From NCBI GenBank assembly GCA_010909165.1, contig VJWM01000317.1, forward strand, positions 13,304 through 77,303: a DNA stretch of 64,000 nt. The letters are read 5' to 3'. Origin of the DNA: Anthoceros angustus (Eukaryota > Plantae > Anthocerotophyta). Of this stretch, positions 37,201-48,370 are shown piece after piece. The position numbers and the translations under genes were made by a program. The stretch's first letter is position 1; every line of letters starts with the position of its first letter. The notes under the pieces are model-generated. The model saw only the letters and a program-made list of their open reading frames with translations. It searched no databases and was not told where the DNA came from.

Positions 37201-39810
37201 AGTCCGGATCATTTGGTAATTTGTTGGCAGCAGCTAGTCATTTTTACAAGGCCGGGATGCGGAAAGAGGAAGCAGTCTGATGCAAGAGGATCGGCGAGAG
37301 AGTTTGGAGCCGAACATGGTAAAATACGGAAGAAAGCAAAAGACTACGGGAACTATGTCACCGTAGAGACATTCCCAGTGCACCTTTCAGCGGATGAAGA
37401 GAGGTTGGAATCTTCCTTCCACGAGGAGGACTACCTCACCCGAATTCGAGAGCGACATATGCGAAGAAGGTGGTCCGGAGGCTGTGGTGAAATGGAGAAT
37501 CTGGCCCTCTTATCTAACCGGATGCGCGATTCGCGTGTGGATGAAGCGTGGACTAATTATCGGCTCGCGTGATTGGAAAGGGCCGAGTTGAGGAGGGCGT
37601 ATTGCCCCTTTGTGCATGATTGATCCCAAGGTGTGATGATCTAGAGGACTGGTGGAAAAATTCGAGCAAAAGAAATACATCATGGGTGTGTTAGGCGGGA
37701 ACCACACATTTGCGGCAATGCAACATTTGGCGGACATATCACCGATGAAAGAGCGTTTCAAATGGATAGAGGCACATGTATTGTGGGCGACCACACGAAA
37801 TGAGGGTTTTGGCGGATCACAATACAATGTCGACAAGCGGCGGAAGATGTCGTTCATAGAGCAAGTAAGATATCTCGAGATGAGCTTATAGCCAAGCGGG
37901 ATGGCGTGCATATGTCCATGAATTGGAAGTTCAACTGTATAAGGTATTGGGTCTTATCGAAGATGATGAAGGACGGAAGATGATGCCTACAAAGCAGAAC
38001 AAGGTTGACAACGGGCTCTTGTGCATAGCGAAGTTGGAAGGAAGGGTATGGGAGAATGTGGACAAAATTTTTGCAAAGTGGGAGGCTTGTGACTTGCAGA
38101 GAAGAAACATGTGGCGGATTGAGCAAAAGAGCAAAGGCAAGCGGAAGCGGAAGAAAGCGAAACAAGTTGAGGGTATATTGGTGAAGCCCAAGGAGATGCG
38201 AGACAAAGCCATGGCGTTGCTTTCAAGGTATTCTGCGGGGAGGCGGGCAGCAAATGCTTATTAGTGCCACCGAGAAAGTTCTCCGGCCTTATGGATTTGA
38301 AGGAATGTCGGATGAAATTATATTGCGAAATTGCATATCATCCAAGTGGCCATGGCGAAGCACTTAGGATGTTCATCTTTTGAGATGGTGAGGCAAGAGT
38401 ACCCACAACATTCCACCAGTAGTCGCGGGTTCAGGCTTTCGAGGGAAAGGTATGTTATCATACTCTCTTGTTTCTTAGAATCTTTATATGGTATGGGAGG
38501 AGGAGGAGGAGGGAGGCGCGGCATGCCGCCTCATGGGATGGCGCCGGCCTCGCCCGTCGAGGTTGGGTGGGGGCGGCATCGCCCCTCATATAGTAGGGGT
38601 TGCCACGGGGAGGACGGCGCATGCGCGCCCACCGGTCTAGATGCTCGGGCCCTAAGTGCGGGGAGGCGCCCGCATCTCGCCTCCGCTAATATTGAGCATC
38701 CTTTTTTGTGCAGCAACAAAAGACATTGAAGTCCTTACCAAGTGCCGAAAACTTTCAGCAGTTCATTTATGAGGTCAACACTTGGAAGGGCTTGGAGGAT
38801 GAGCAGAGCTCGCATGAGATAGAGACATAGAAGAGGATTGTTGCAATTCACATCCGATCGGAGAAAAAATCGATGTCAGTTCATGCTCGAGATGTGCGGG
38901 ATATGCGAGGTTTTGTGAGGAAGAGGAGTTACTCTTTGCTTGTGATGGATGTCCCACGTGGATTCGAGAAGGGCCCAAAGGATGGAAGGTTTGATATTTG
39001 GCAAGTTGGTAATGTTTTGCATTCCTTCCATGACTTGTTGAATCTGGCGATTCGGGATGATCATAATGCATGGTGTGGAAGATTCACATATTGTGCGGGG
39101 AGCCTATCACGGAAGTGGTGCGGAGGGTGGTCTTGTTTCATTTGTGTGGACAAGACAAATGTCAACAACGACAAGGGTGGGTTTGATACGGTGGAGTATG
39201 TCAGCGGGTGAAATGAAGAAAAGCTCGAGTTGCGGTCATCATGTTACCTAATGTTTTGCGGGCACTTTCAATAATGGTCGGTCGGTGATTGCCCACCATA
39301 CGATTGTGAAAAATGGTTTATCATTCACTTGACAAACTTGTTATCTGTCCCTACCAGTGACCTTTAGGTTTGATGATGAAGCTTATCAAGACATTCTCAA
39401 GGAAGGGTGGATATTGGATGCATGTGCGGTAGTGGGTCATCTTTAATGGCTGCCTTGTTGTCGGCGAAATTGTATTTCTATCGAGGACAAGAGGTGTGCA
39501 TTCATTCCAGCGTGTACATGGATATGAAATCTTAGGATGCGGAGGAGGCGACACATGAGCCGCATCGTCGTGGTCCATCTCAATTACAGGCCAAGGAGGT
39601 TTGCGTCGTGAGAAGGATATTGGGAAGGCTCAAATTGTGCCTCTAGGGTCGGCGAATGAAAGAAAGGACTGGAGACCACAGCCGATGAGGGCAACAGACA
39701 CTAGAGGTGTATGGCACACTGACCTCGAAGTTGACGGAAGGAAGGCAGCGCCCGGCGATGATGGTCATGGACTCTTTCGGAGAGCGGATGAAGCCGAAGC
39801 GTCACCGTAG
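34202..39810 (+). pseudogene. Intron-containing gene: ParB/Srx-like domain plus beta-class N6A/N4C DNA methyltransferase (frameshifted here; ParB part duplicated at 35520-37080 and 37081-38585)
   Basis: ParB-like RRVDEAWTNYL...P.CMIDP...YIMGVLGGNHTFAAMQHL (36177, 37694). After acceptor TTTTGTGCAG (38713): YSLLVMDVPRG (motif IV position, 38948), VWDKTN...VEYV, CPYQ*PLGLMMKLIKTFS, WILDACA(G)SGSSLMAALLS(G)RNCISIE (motif I, 39408-39486). Confidence 0.8.
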
Positions 39811-42800
39811 TTCACGATAGTGAAGCCGGTTTGTGTGCGGTTGAATCTTGAGACCGTGAACTTCCTTAGGTGGCTAGAACGTTTTCTGTTTCGTGCTGTA
39901 TGTCGTATGGGCCGTTGTCTTTGGAGTGGATGACACGCGGATCTTCTAGTAGCAAGTTGTTACGTATAAGCCATGAGGCCATTTTGAATACATCGGCGGG
40001 CACTCTACTTATAAGCGAGCATTGCCGCTTGTCCGCAAGCATCCACACGCACCTAGCACCTTCATTGCGGACCCCTTTGAACCGAAATTGAATGTCTCAA
40101 TCACAATGATTGCTTGTGCGCGTGTGCTTTCGAGGCGTGTTTGGAGCGAATTAATGGCCTATGAAAAGTACCAATGACAATTTTTCCATAACCGCGTACA
40201 TTATTCATGGTGTATGAATATTATCGTGTTCATGGGGCAAGATGCCACTTGGGAAGACTTTTCTTTAGAGGAGGACAGGCATTAAAACTTGTCGGCCCGA
40301 TGAAGTGTGTTGACTAGCTAGATAGGAATGTTGGCGAGAGCCATTAAGGCTCACATAGGTGAATTTTGCTAGAATAGAATTTTACCCAAGATGCTTGGAT
40401 GTCGAACTTAAATTCGACAATAGGATACACTAAAATAAGGAGTAAAGGTGCGAGGCGCGCCGAGGCTGTATGTGAGGACCTCCCTATAAAAGGAGGAGCT
40501 TGTGAAGTAAAATTATCGTGTCTTGCGCTCCCATCCTCCGAGTCCTTCACTTTGTGTGCGGGAATTTCGTCTTGCATACCAAGCCAAGTCTGGTAGAGAG
40601 GAGCAGTCGGTCTTTGGGCGGAGGGCTTGCTCTTCTGAGCGCCCACTAGCTGCTCCCCTTGTGAATGGTTCTTTGTGTGAATTGTTTTGCTTTGAGTGTG
40701 TGGCGATGCTCAAGGAACTCTCGGCTTGAGGGTAGGCTGGAAAGACTCCTGGAGGTTCTCATTTATGGTACAAACCACATAGCCGGAAGAACTCGTTAAT
40801 TTCGAGACGGACCCAGGCGGTTGTGCCGTAAGGCGAGTTGGAATTAATGAGCCGACAATTAGTGTTAGAGTAGGAGATTGTGGAGGAAGGAAGGGTAGAT
40901 GAGTAGAGAAGAAGAGGCGTTGTTGATTGAGAGAGTTGTGAGGAGGATTAGAGTGTAGGAAAAGCGGAGGCCACAGGCGAGCCTAAGGGACGATCCCAAA
41001 TCTGCAAGTAAGAGGGCTCCACATGTGGAGAAGAGTGTCTTAGGAGTAGGGACGAAGTTGCGGTGTGGGTCGGGGGTCACAGGCGCCGTGATGACACCTT
41101 CTTTGTTAAGGCGTACACTGGTGTGTGGTGTCGTTGTAGGTTGAGGTTTGGTGAGTTCTGACGGCTGGTGCGTGGCTGCTGTAGAGGCGTGAGGCGCCTT
41201 GCTTGTTTAGAAGGCTGAGGTAGTGTGGAGCTGCGGTGGTGATTTCTCAAGATCGGATTTTGTCTCATGGGGCGAAACCCAGCGTCTGAAGCAGCGGTGG
41301 GATAAGTGTGGCGCTAGAGGGTGCATCTCGGGAGCCAGGATCACGCCTCCCACCAGGGAGGTGCAAAGGGTGATCTTCCAAGAAGATGGACATGATCATC
41401 ATGGGCGGGTTGATAGCCGTGGTAATGTGGAGAGGCACATTCCTCCACGGTGATGATGAACGAGGTCGAACAAGCTCCTATAGAGGTGCACATGCTCGTG
41501 GGTCGAGGCGGATTACACGACCTCGGCGGTGTAATCCATCTCCTGGATTATGTCGTCTTTGACAGTTACAGGAACCCTCTTCTTACAAAAGAGCCATGTC
41601 AATGAATAACAAGCGAGTGGGAGAAGGCCATGCGATTGATGAATTATTGCATAAAACCAAACTTGGGAGTTGGTTCGTTGCCTAGGGATAAGAAGGCACT
41701 CACGTGCAAATGGGTGTACAAGATGAAGGTCATACCCTTGATGGCAAACCAAAGTACAAGGCACGATTGGTTGCTAAGGGTTTCAAGCAACAACCGAGCA
41801 TTGACTTTGATGAGATTTTCTCACGGTAGCCAAAATGACAACTTTGCGATGTGTTCTTGCTTTGGTTGCGAGAATGATATGGAACTTATGCGGATGGATG
41901 TCAACACGACATTCTTGCATGGTGACCTTCAAGAGGACGTCTAGCAATATGTGATAGCCAGAATGGGTTTCTTGCATCCAAGAAGATGGACATGATCATC
42001 ATGGGCGGGTTGATAGCAATGTGGTAGTAGAGCACATTCCTCCACCGATAGATGAACGAGGTCGACAAGCTCCTATAGAGGTGCACGTAGCCGTGGGTCG
42101 AGCGAGGATTACACGACCTCGGCGGTATATAATCCATCTCCTGGATTATGTCGTCTTTGACAGTTGTGGGGAACCCTCTTCTTACAAAAGAGCCATGTCA
42201 ATGAATAACAAGCGAGTGGGAGAAGGCCATGCGATCGGAAATGAATTGACATAAAACCAAACTTGGGAGTTGGTTGGTTGCCTAGGATAAGAAGGCACTC
42301 ACAGTGCAAATGGGTGTACAAGATGAAGGTCATACCCTTGATGGCAAACCAGCACGATTGGTTGCTAAGGGTTTCAAGCAACAACCGAGCATTGACTTTG
42401 ATGAGATTTTCTCACCAGTAGCCAAAATGACAACTTTGCGATGTGTTCTTGCTTTGGTTGCCAGGAATGATATGGAACTTGTACAGATGGATGTCAACAC
42501 GACATTCTTGCATGGTGACCTTCAAGAGGACGTCTACATGTAGCAATGTGGAATGGGTTTCTTGCATCCGAAGACGCAAAGAGGCCACATTTACCCTCTA
42601 TGTCGTTATAGTCTTAGGATTCGATCCCAAGGGAATGGTTTTGTGTCAAGGTGTTCTGAATCTATGGATTCTAGACCTACCCCGCCGCTCACTACCCACC
42701 TTATCCAGCTACCCTACCCAAACCCACCACGTGGTAGACTGCCACCGCAGCGGTTCACCACCGTGGCGGGTCCCACCACGCTGCACCGCGGGGTCTATTT

Positions 42801-44558
42801 GTCACCGCTCCTCGCAGACCTTGGGGCTATGGACATACAAACACCTATATACACCTCACTTACCTCTAGGAATTTCTGCGATTCCACCGCACTTCCACTC
42901 CCCCACGCATTTCGATTTTCCCCACACGCACTCACAATCCCTCACAGTAGCACTCATCTACCCTTTGAGGACCTTTCCCTTCCTAATGAACTCTCCCTCG
43001 CCTCCCACCAGGGAGGTGCAAGGGTGATCTTCCAAGAAGATGGACATGATCATCATGGGGGCGAGTGGTAATGTGTGGTGGAGCACATTCCTCCACCGAT
43101 AGATGAACGAAGAGTCGAACAAGCTCCTATAGAGGAGTGCCGTGGGTCAGAGGCAGATTACACGACCTCGGCGGTGTATAATCCATCTACGGATTATGTC
43201 GACAGGTGACAGTTGGGGAACCCTCTTCTTACAAAGAGGCCATGTCAATGAATAACAAATGAGGGAGAAGGCCATGCGGTCAAAATGAATTTGCATAAAA
43301 CCAAACTTGGGAGTTGGTTGGTTGCCTAGGGATAAGAAGGCACTCACAGGTAAAATGGGTGTACAAGATGAAGGTCATACCCTACGATGGCAAACCAAGT
43401 ACAAGGCACGATTGGTTGCTAAGGGTTTCAAGCAACAACCGAGCATTGACTTTGATGAGATTTTCTCACGGTAGCAAAATGACAACTTTGCGATGTGTTC
43501 TTGCTTTGGTTGCGAGAATGATATGGAACTTATGCAGGATGGATGTCAACACGACATTCTTGCATGGTGACCTTCAAGAGGCGTCTACATGTAGCAATGT
43601 GGAATGGGTTTTGCATCCGAAGACGCAAAGAGGCCACATTTACCCTCTATGTCGTTATAGTCCTAGGATTCGATCCCAAGGGAATGGTTTTGTGTCAAGG
43701 TGTTCTGAATCTATGGATTCTAGACCTACCCCGCCGCTCACTACCCCACCTTATCCAGCTACCCTACCCCAAACCCACCACCGTAGATCGCCACCGCAGT
43801 TGGTGTTCACCATCGTGGCGGGTCCCACCACAGCGCGCCGCCTGTCGCGGGGGTCTATTTGTCACCGGCTTCCCTGGCGCAGACCTTGGGGCTACATACA
43901 AACACCTATATACACCTCACTACTAGGAATTTCTGCGATTCCACCGCACACCCCCACGCATTTCGATTTTCCCTCACACACTCTCACAATCCCTCACAGT
44001 AGCACTCATCTACCCTTTGAGGACCTTTCCCTTCCTAATGAACTCTCCCTCGCCTCACGGGCCACACAGACCCCTCCTTGGGCCGCACAGACCCCTCCTT
44101 GGGCCACACACAGACCCCTCCTTGGGCCACAGACCTCCTTGGGCCACCACAGACCCCTCTCATGGAATAAAACACGCCTGGTGTGGGGAACCCTCTTCTT
44201 ACAAAAGAGCCATGTCAATGAATAACAAGCGAGTGGGAGAAGGCCATGCGATCGGAAATGAATTGACATAAAACCAAACTTGGGAGTTGGTTGGTTGCCT
44301 AGGATAAGAAGGCACTCACAGTGCAAATGGGTGTACAAGATGAAGGTCATACCCTTGATGGCAAACCAGCACGATTGGTTGCTAAGGGTTTCAAGCAACA
44401 ACCGAGCATTGACTTTGATGAGATTTTCTCACGGTAGCCAAAATGACAACTTTGCGATGTGTTCTTGCTTTGGTTGCAGAATGATATGGAACTTGCGGAT
44501 GGATGTCAACACGACATTCTTGCATGGTGACCTTCAAGAGGACGTCTACATGTAGCAA

Positions 44559-47500
44559 TGTGGAATGGGTTTTGCATCCGAAGAAGCGCAAAGAGGCCAC
44601 ATTTACCCTCTATGTCGTTATAGTCCTAGGATTCGATCCCAAGGGAATGGTTTTGTGTCAGGTGTTACGAATCTATGGATTCTAGACCTACCCGTCGCTC
44701 ACTACCCACCTTCTCCGGCTACCCTACCCAAACCCACCGTGGTAGACTCGGCCACCGATGGTGGTTCAACCAGTGGTCCCACGTGCGCATCGCGAGTCTA
44801 TTGTCACCGGCTTCTCGCGCGACCTTGGGGCTATGGGCACAAACACCTATATACACCTCACTTACTTAGGAATTTCTGCGATTCCACCACTTCCACTCCC
44901 CCTCGCATTTCGATTTTCCCTCACGCACTCACAATCCCTCACGGTAGCACTCATCTACCCTTTGAGGACCTTTCCCTTCTAATGAACTCTCCCTCGCCTC
45001 ACGGGCCACAGACCCCTCCTTGGGCCACACAGACCCCTCCTTGGGCCACCACGGACCCCTCCTTGGGCCCAGACCCCTCCTTGGGCCACAGACCCCTCTC
45101 CTTGGAATAAAACACGCTGGTGGCGGTTGGGAAGAGGATCGAAAGAAACCCCGCTGCTTGGGCGATTCGCCTTCCCGGCAGCTCCGCCTCGGCCTTCGCG
45201 GCAATTCCTACCTCTTTTTCCAAGGCCACCCTCCTCACACCCCGTGGAGCTTGGCCACCCGCCTCGACCATCCAGGATCTTCCGGCCTTCTTGTGACGAG
45301 AAGGCGGTGCATCGAACGAGTTTGATGCTGATCAGACGTCTCCAACCAACCTCGCGCATAGCTTCAACACACGGAAGTTCACACCTAAAATTGTCTGTTA
45401 AGAGAGACTCTCAAGGGTCTCTTATACATTCAGCTGTGGATTTCCACAGCTCACTCCTACCAGTGTCTAGAAAATATGGCCCACTACCACGAGCGCTCCT
45501 ACCAATTCAGGTAACTACAGCTCCACGGGTCCTCAAAACATCCTATCCCCTACCCCAAAAAGAAGCCTCTGGCCTATGATGTCGCGCTCCCCTAAAATCA
45601 GTAGCGTGATTCTTTGCCTAGCCTACGGTAGGTGGGGTTCCGTCGCTCTCGCTCTCTGCCGCCTCATCCGGCGATTCTCCCCAAAACCTCCACCTCGGCA
45701 TCGCACTGCGGTTTCTTGGCGTCTTCCATGGGCGTCGTCGTCTATAGGCCCTATGCATTATTCCGCTCCTCATCGTTTGGACGCCACAGTGTGCTCCTCC
45801 CTCACGCCACAGCCTCCGCTCATTTCCTCGATCACCACTTGGGGGTAGGCCCCGCTCCGTTCGGAAGAACCAGTGGCGTGGCGGTCAAGATGTCGACCAA
45901 TAGTTTACGCCCCTCTGTCCCAACAACCACATACACATTTAGAGTGAGCACCGCTCACCATGCGGCGAAGCAGGACATGAGCATCCTCATCCAGGGCCGT
46001 AACTGTCGCTCTTGACTACGAGGTTCTTACCCTCTCCTCCGTGGACAATCACAGGCGGTGCCTTGGATCGGGGGATCGTATCCCCACTGCGGCGCTCTGG
46101 GTGACTTCCCCACCTCGGTTCCTCCTTCGCGGCGGTGGCGGTTTAGCCACCGTGGTGGTAGTTTCCCCGGTGGTGGCTTGACTCTGCTGTTCTTGTGGCT
46201 CGCCCTTCTTGGTTTGGCCACCTCTCTCTTGACTCGGCCCTAGCTTCATCTCTCTCTCGCTTATATCTCTCATGACTTCTTGAATTTCTCAGGCGCCATT
46301 GTTTCCATTTGTTCACAGGCTCATGAGACCTCATCTTGAAGCTCCTCGATTGTGGCATGCGCCCCTTGACTGATTCACTAAGGCCTCTGTTGGGTGGACA
46401 TGGCCTTCGCTCACATGCCTTGCATAGGGCCGCCTCGCATTCCGTCTGCGCTCCTCGCCACCTTGTTCTCGCCTTCGGGCTCTCCAACTTCTCCTTGAGC
46501 AACTTTTCCTGTTGGCACACTCGGCCGGTGAGAGCCATGGTGCACAGTCGAGGAGATCACTGCGTCGAGCCATGGTCGGGGCACAGTTCGAATTGGGCCC
46601 CGTGCCCATTCCCTTCCACAACAATTCTACGCGCGGTGTCACTGTCTCCACTTGATGGGACGTCGGTGAAATGTCGCCAAAAATGTTCCGGAGCTCCGTC
46701 GCGGACTTGGCTATCGAAACTAACCCCTCTTCTTCTAGGGGTTGGTTTGCCACAACTTCCTCATCCGCTCCAATCTCTCCTAGCGGCAGCGACTCCTCCC
46801 CTGCACCTGAGAGGGGCACAACTTGTCGTTTCCCTTTTATTTTCTCCTCCTTCACTCGCGTTCCTGCTGCCGATTTCGACCTGGTGACCCTAGGTGTGGC
46901 TGTGGGTTCCTCTTCTGCTGCGGCTGTCCTTCCCTTCTTCAGACCCGTTCGGCCGTCGCCCTCCGCTTCTTGCCCTTGGAAACCTCCACCTTCATCCAAG
47001 ATCTTCTAGGAGGCGCATTCCCTTCTGGAATCCTTCCGGAATCTTCCTTACACTCCTCCTCCTCTACCTTGAGTTCCACGGTTTCCGGCTATGAAGGCGG
47101 AACCGACTTCAACTCCGTTAGACACCGGGCGCGAACACATGAATTAGAAAAGGTGAAATCAAGGAGGGAGGGAAGGGAGAGCAAATTCGCCCTCTCCTCA
47201 CAGGCTCTTTCAAAGATCATCCGCCCCAATCGATTTGTGTACCTTTAACCACCTCATGAAGAAAGACCGAGTGAGTGCGCCATATGATCCAACTTGATTC
47301 TGCGAACACAAAATCCACTTGGCTAATCCCACAGTTGGAACACGAGTTGGCGAGTCACCCATCCATTGTTCACTCTCACTTCTCCGGGCTTCATGGCCTT
47401 GACTCTCGGGGTCTTCTTTCTCTGGGGTCAATTACCAAGCTTCCATCCTCGATGCTTCTCGCCCATACTTTCGAAAGAGTCCCAAATCCCAGTTTTGCGG

Positions 47501-48370
47501 CCTCTTCCTCGCGTCTCCCTCTTGCAACTTGGTTCTCAATTGCCGGGCGCACTCTTGCACCAATGCTGAGCTGTCGTAACACCATTTCTTCTCCATAAAT
47601 TCCAGACCCAGCTCCTGCACCAGGCTGCCCGCTCTCACCTTCCAGTGGTCCATGTTGGGCCACTGCATGGTGGGAATTTCGGCCGCAGCTCGGGGCGCCA
47701 TCTCCCTTTCTCCTTGTTTCTTCAGGAAAAGAACCCGACCCTCCTGCAAACGCTGGTCAGAAAAAGGGGACACCACCCTCGCGCGTCTCCTCCACTCGCC
47801 TTTGCGCTGGCGCTCTTGCCTCAGCGTCTCTTTTCCTCCTTCGCTACTTCGCCAGCGCCTGGTTTCCTTCCTCCGCCACCCGTGCGTGCGCGTCGTCCAC
47901 ACCTGCAAGCGAGAGCCCGGTAGCGGTTGCATCGCGCTTCTGCTGCTGCTCGGCCCGGCGGAATCGACCTCGCGGTCTTTGGGTGTGTCGTCTCTCGATT
48001 GCGCTCATTGCGGCAGCCGCTCACTAGGGTTGTAAACTCCCCCAGTGCATCGTCCCGTTCTTGGCCACCGTGGTGGGCGGCTACCTCCGCAGCTGCGCTG
48101 TGGCGGTGTAGGCACCTAACATATATAGACACTTTCTTATTTCTAAAATCACCAAAACCCAAGGACTCTATCTCAGAGCCTACCTATCAGGGTCGAAAAA
48201 CCTAAGGTTCAAAAGAAAATTATTATCCCAAGGGCCAAGGACCATTCTCGTATAAAAGACCTTACCCAGGCGATTCTCAAAGCACTTTGCTATACAAACA
48301 CTCCCAAAACAAAAAAAATCGTTCATCCCGACACTTCAGAGAGGGGTTAGTGTATATGTGGTCTTCCACA
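44559..48370 (-). mobile_element. 3.8-kb solo-LTR-like element ('family B') with internal ORF
   Basis: Termini TGTGGAA...TTCCACA and 5-bp TSD AGCAA (44554-58, 48371-75). Its 44559 end (rc) is homologous to the LTR end preceding the PBS at 49730-49835. Partial copies at 42549-43010 and 43598-44180. Confidence 0.85.
45004..45105. repeat. Minisatellite, ~20-bp unit CCACACAGACCCCTCCTTGGG, about 5 copies (also at 44061-44160)
   Basis: Directly visible tandem units. Confidence 0.9.

Larger units (their letters stand above)
26423..40230. mobile_element. 13.8-kb TIR DNA transposon, Sola/DUF7869-like, carrying a DNA methyltransferase gene
   Basis: Perfect 19-bp TIRs AACACGATAATATTCATAC (26423-26441) / GTATGAATATTATCGTGTT (40212-40230). 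CATG is present on both sides (26419-22, 40231-34), where empty-site copies have a single CATG. Confidence 0.92.
25530..41335 (+). mobile_element. Family A 3' fragment (25530-26422 plus 40231-41335) split by the DNA transposon
   Basis: Uninterrupted copies read CTTGAAGACATGGGGCAAGATGCC (24441-24464). Here the left half ends at 26422 and the right half resumes at 40231, followed by PPT and LTR. Confidence 0.9.

Noticed and set aside
34202-39810. Bacterial contamination as the source of the ParB-MTase
   Set aside because: The gene has GT-AG introns, lies inside TIRs, and is inserted at a defined site in a plant retrotransposon.
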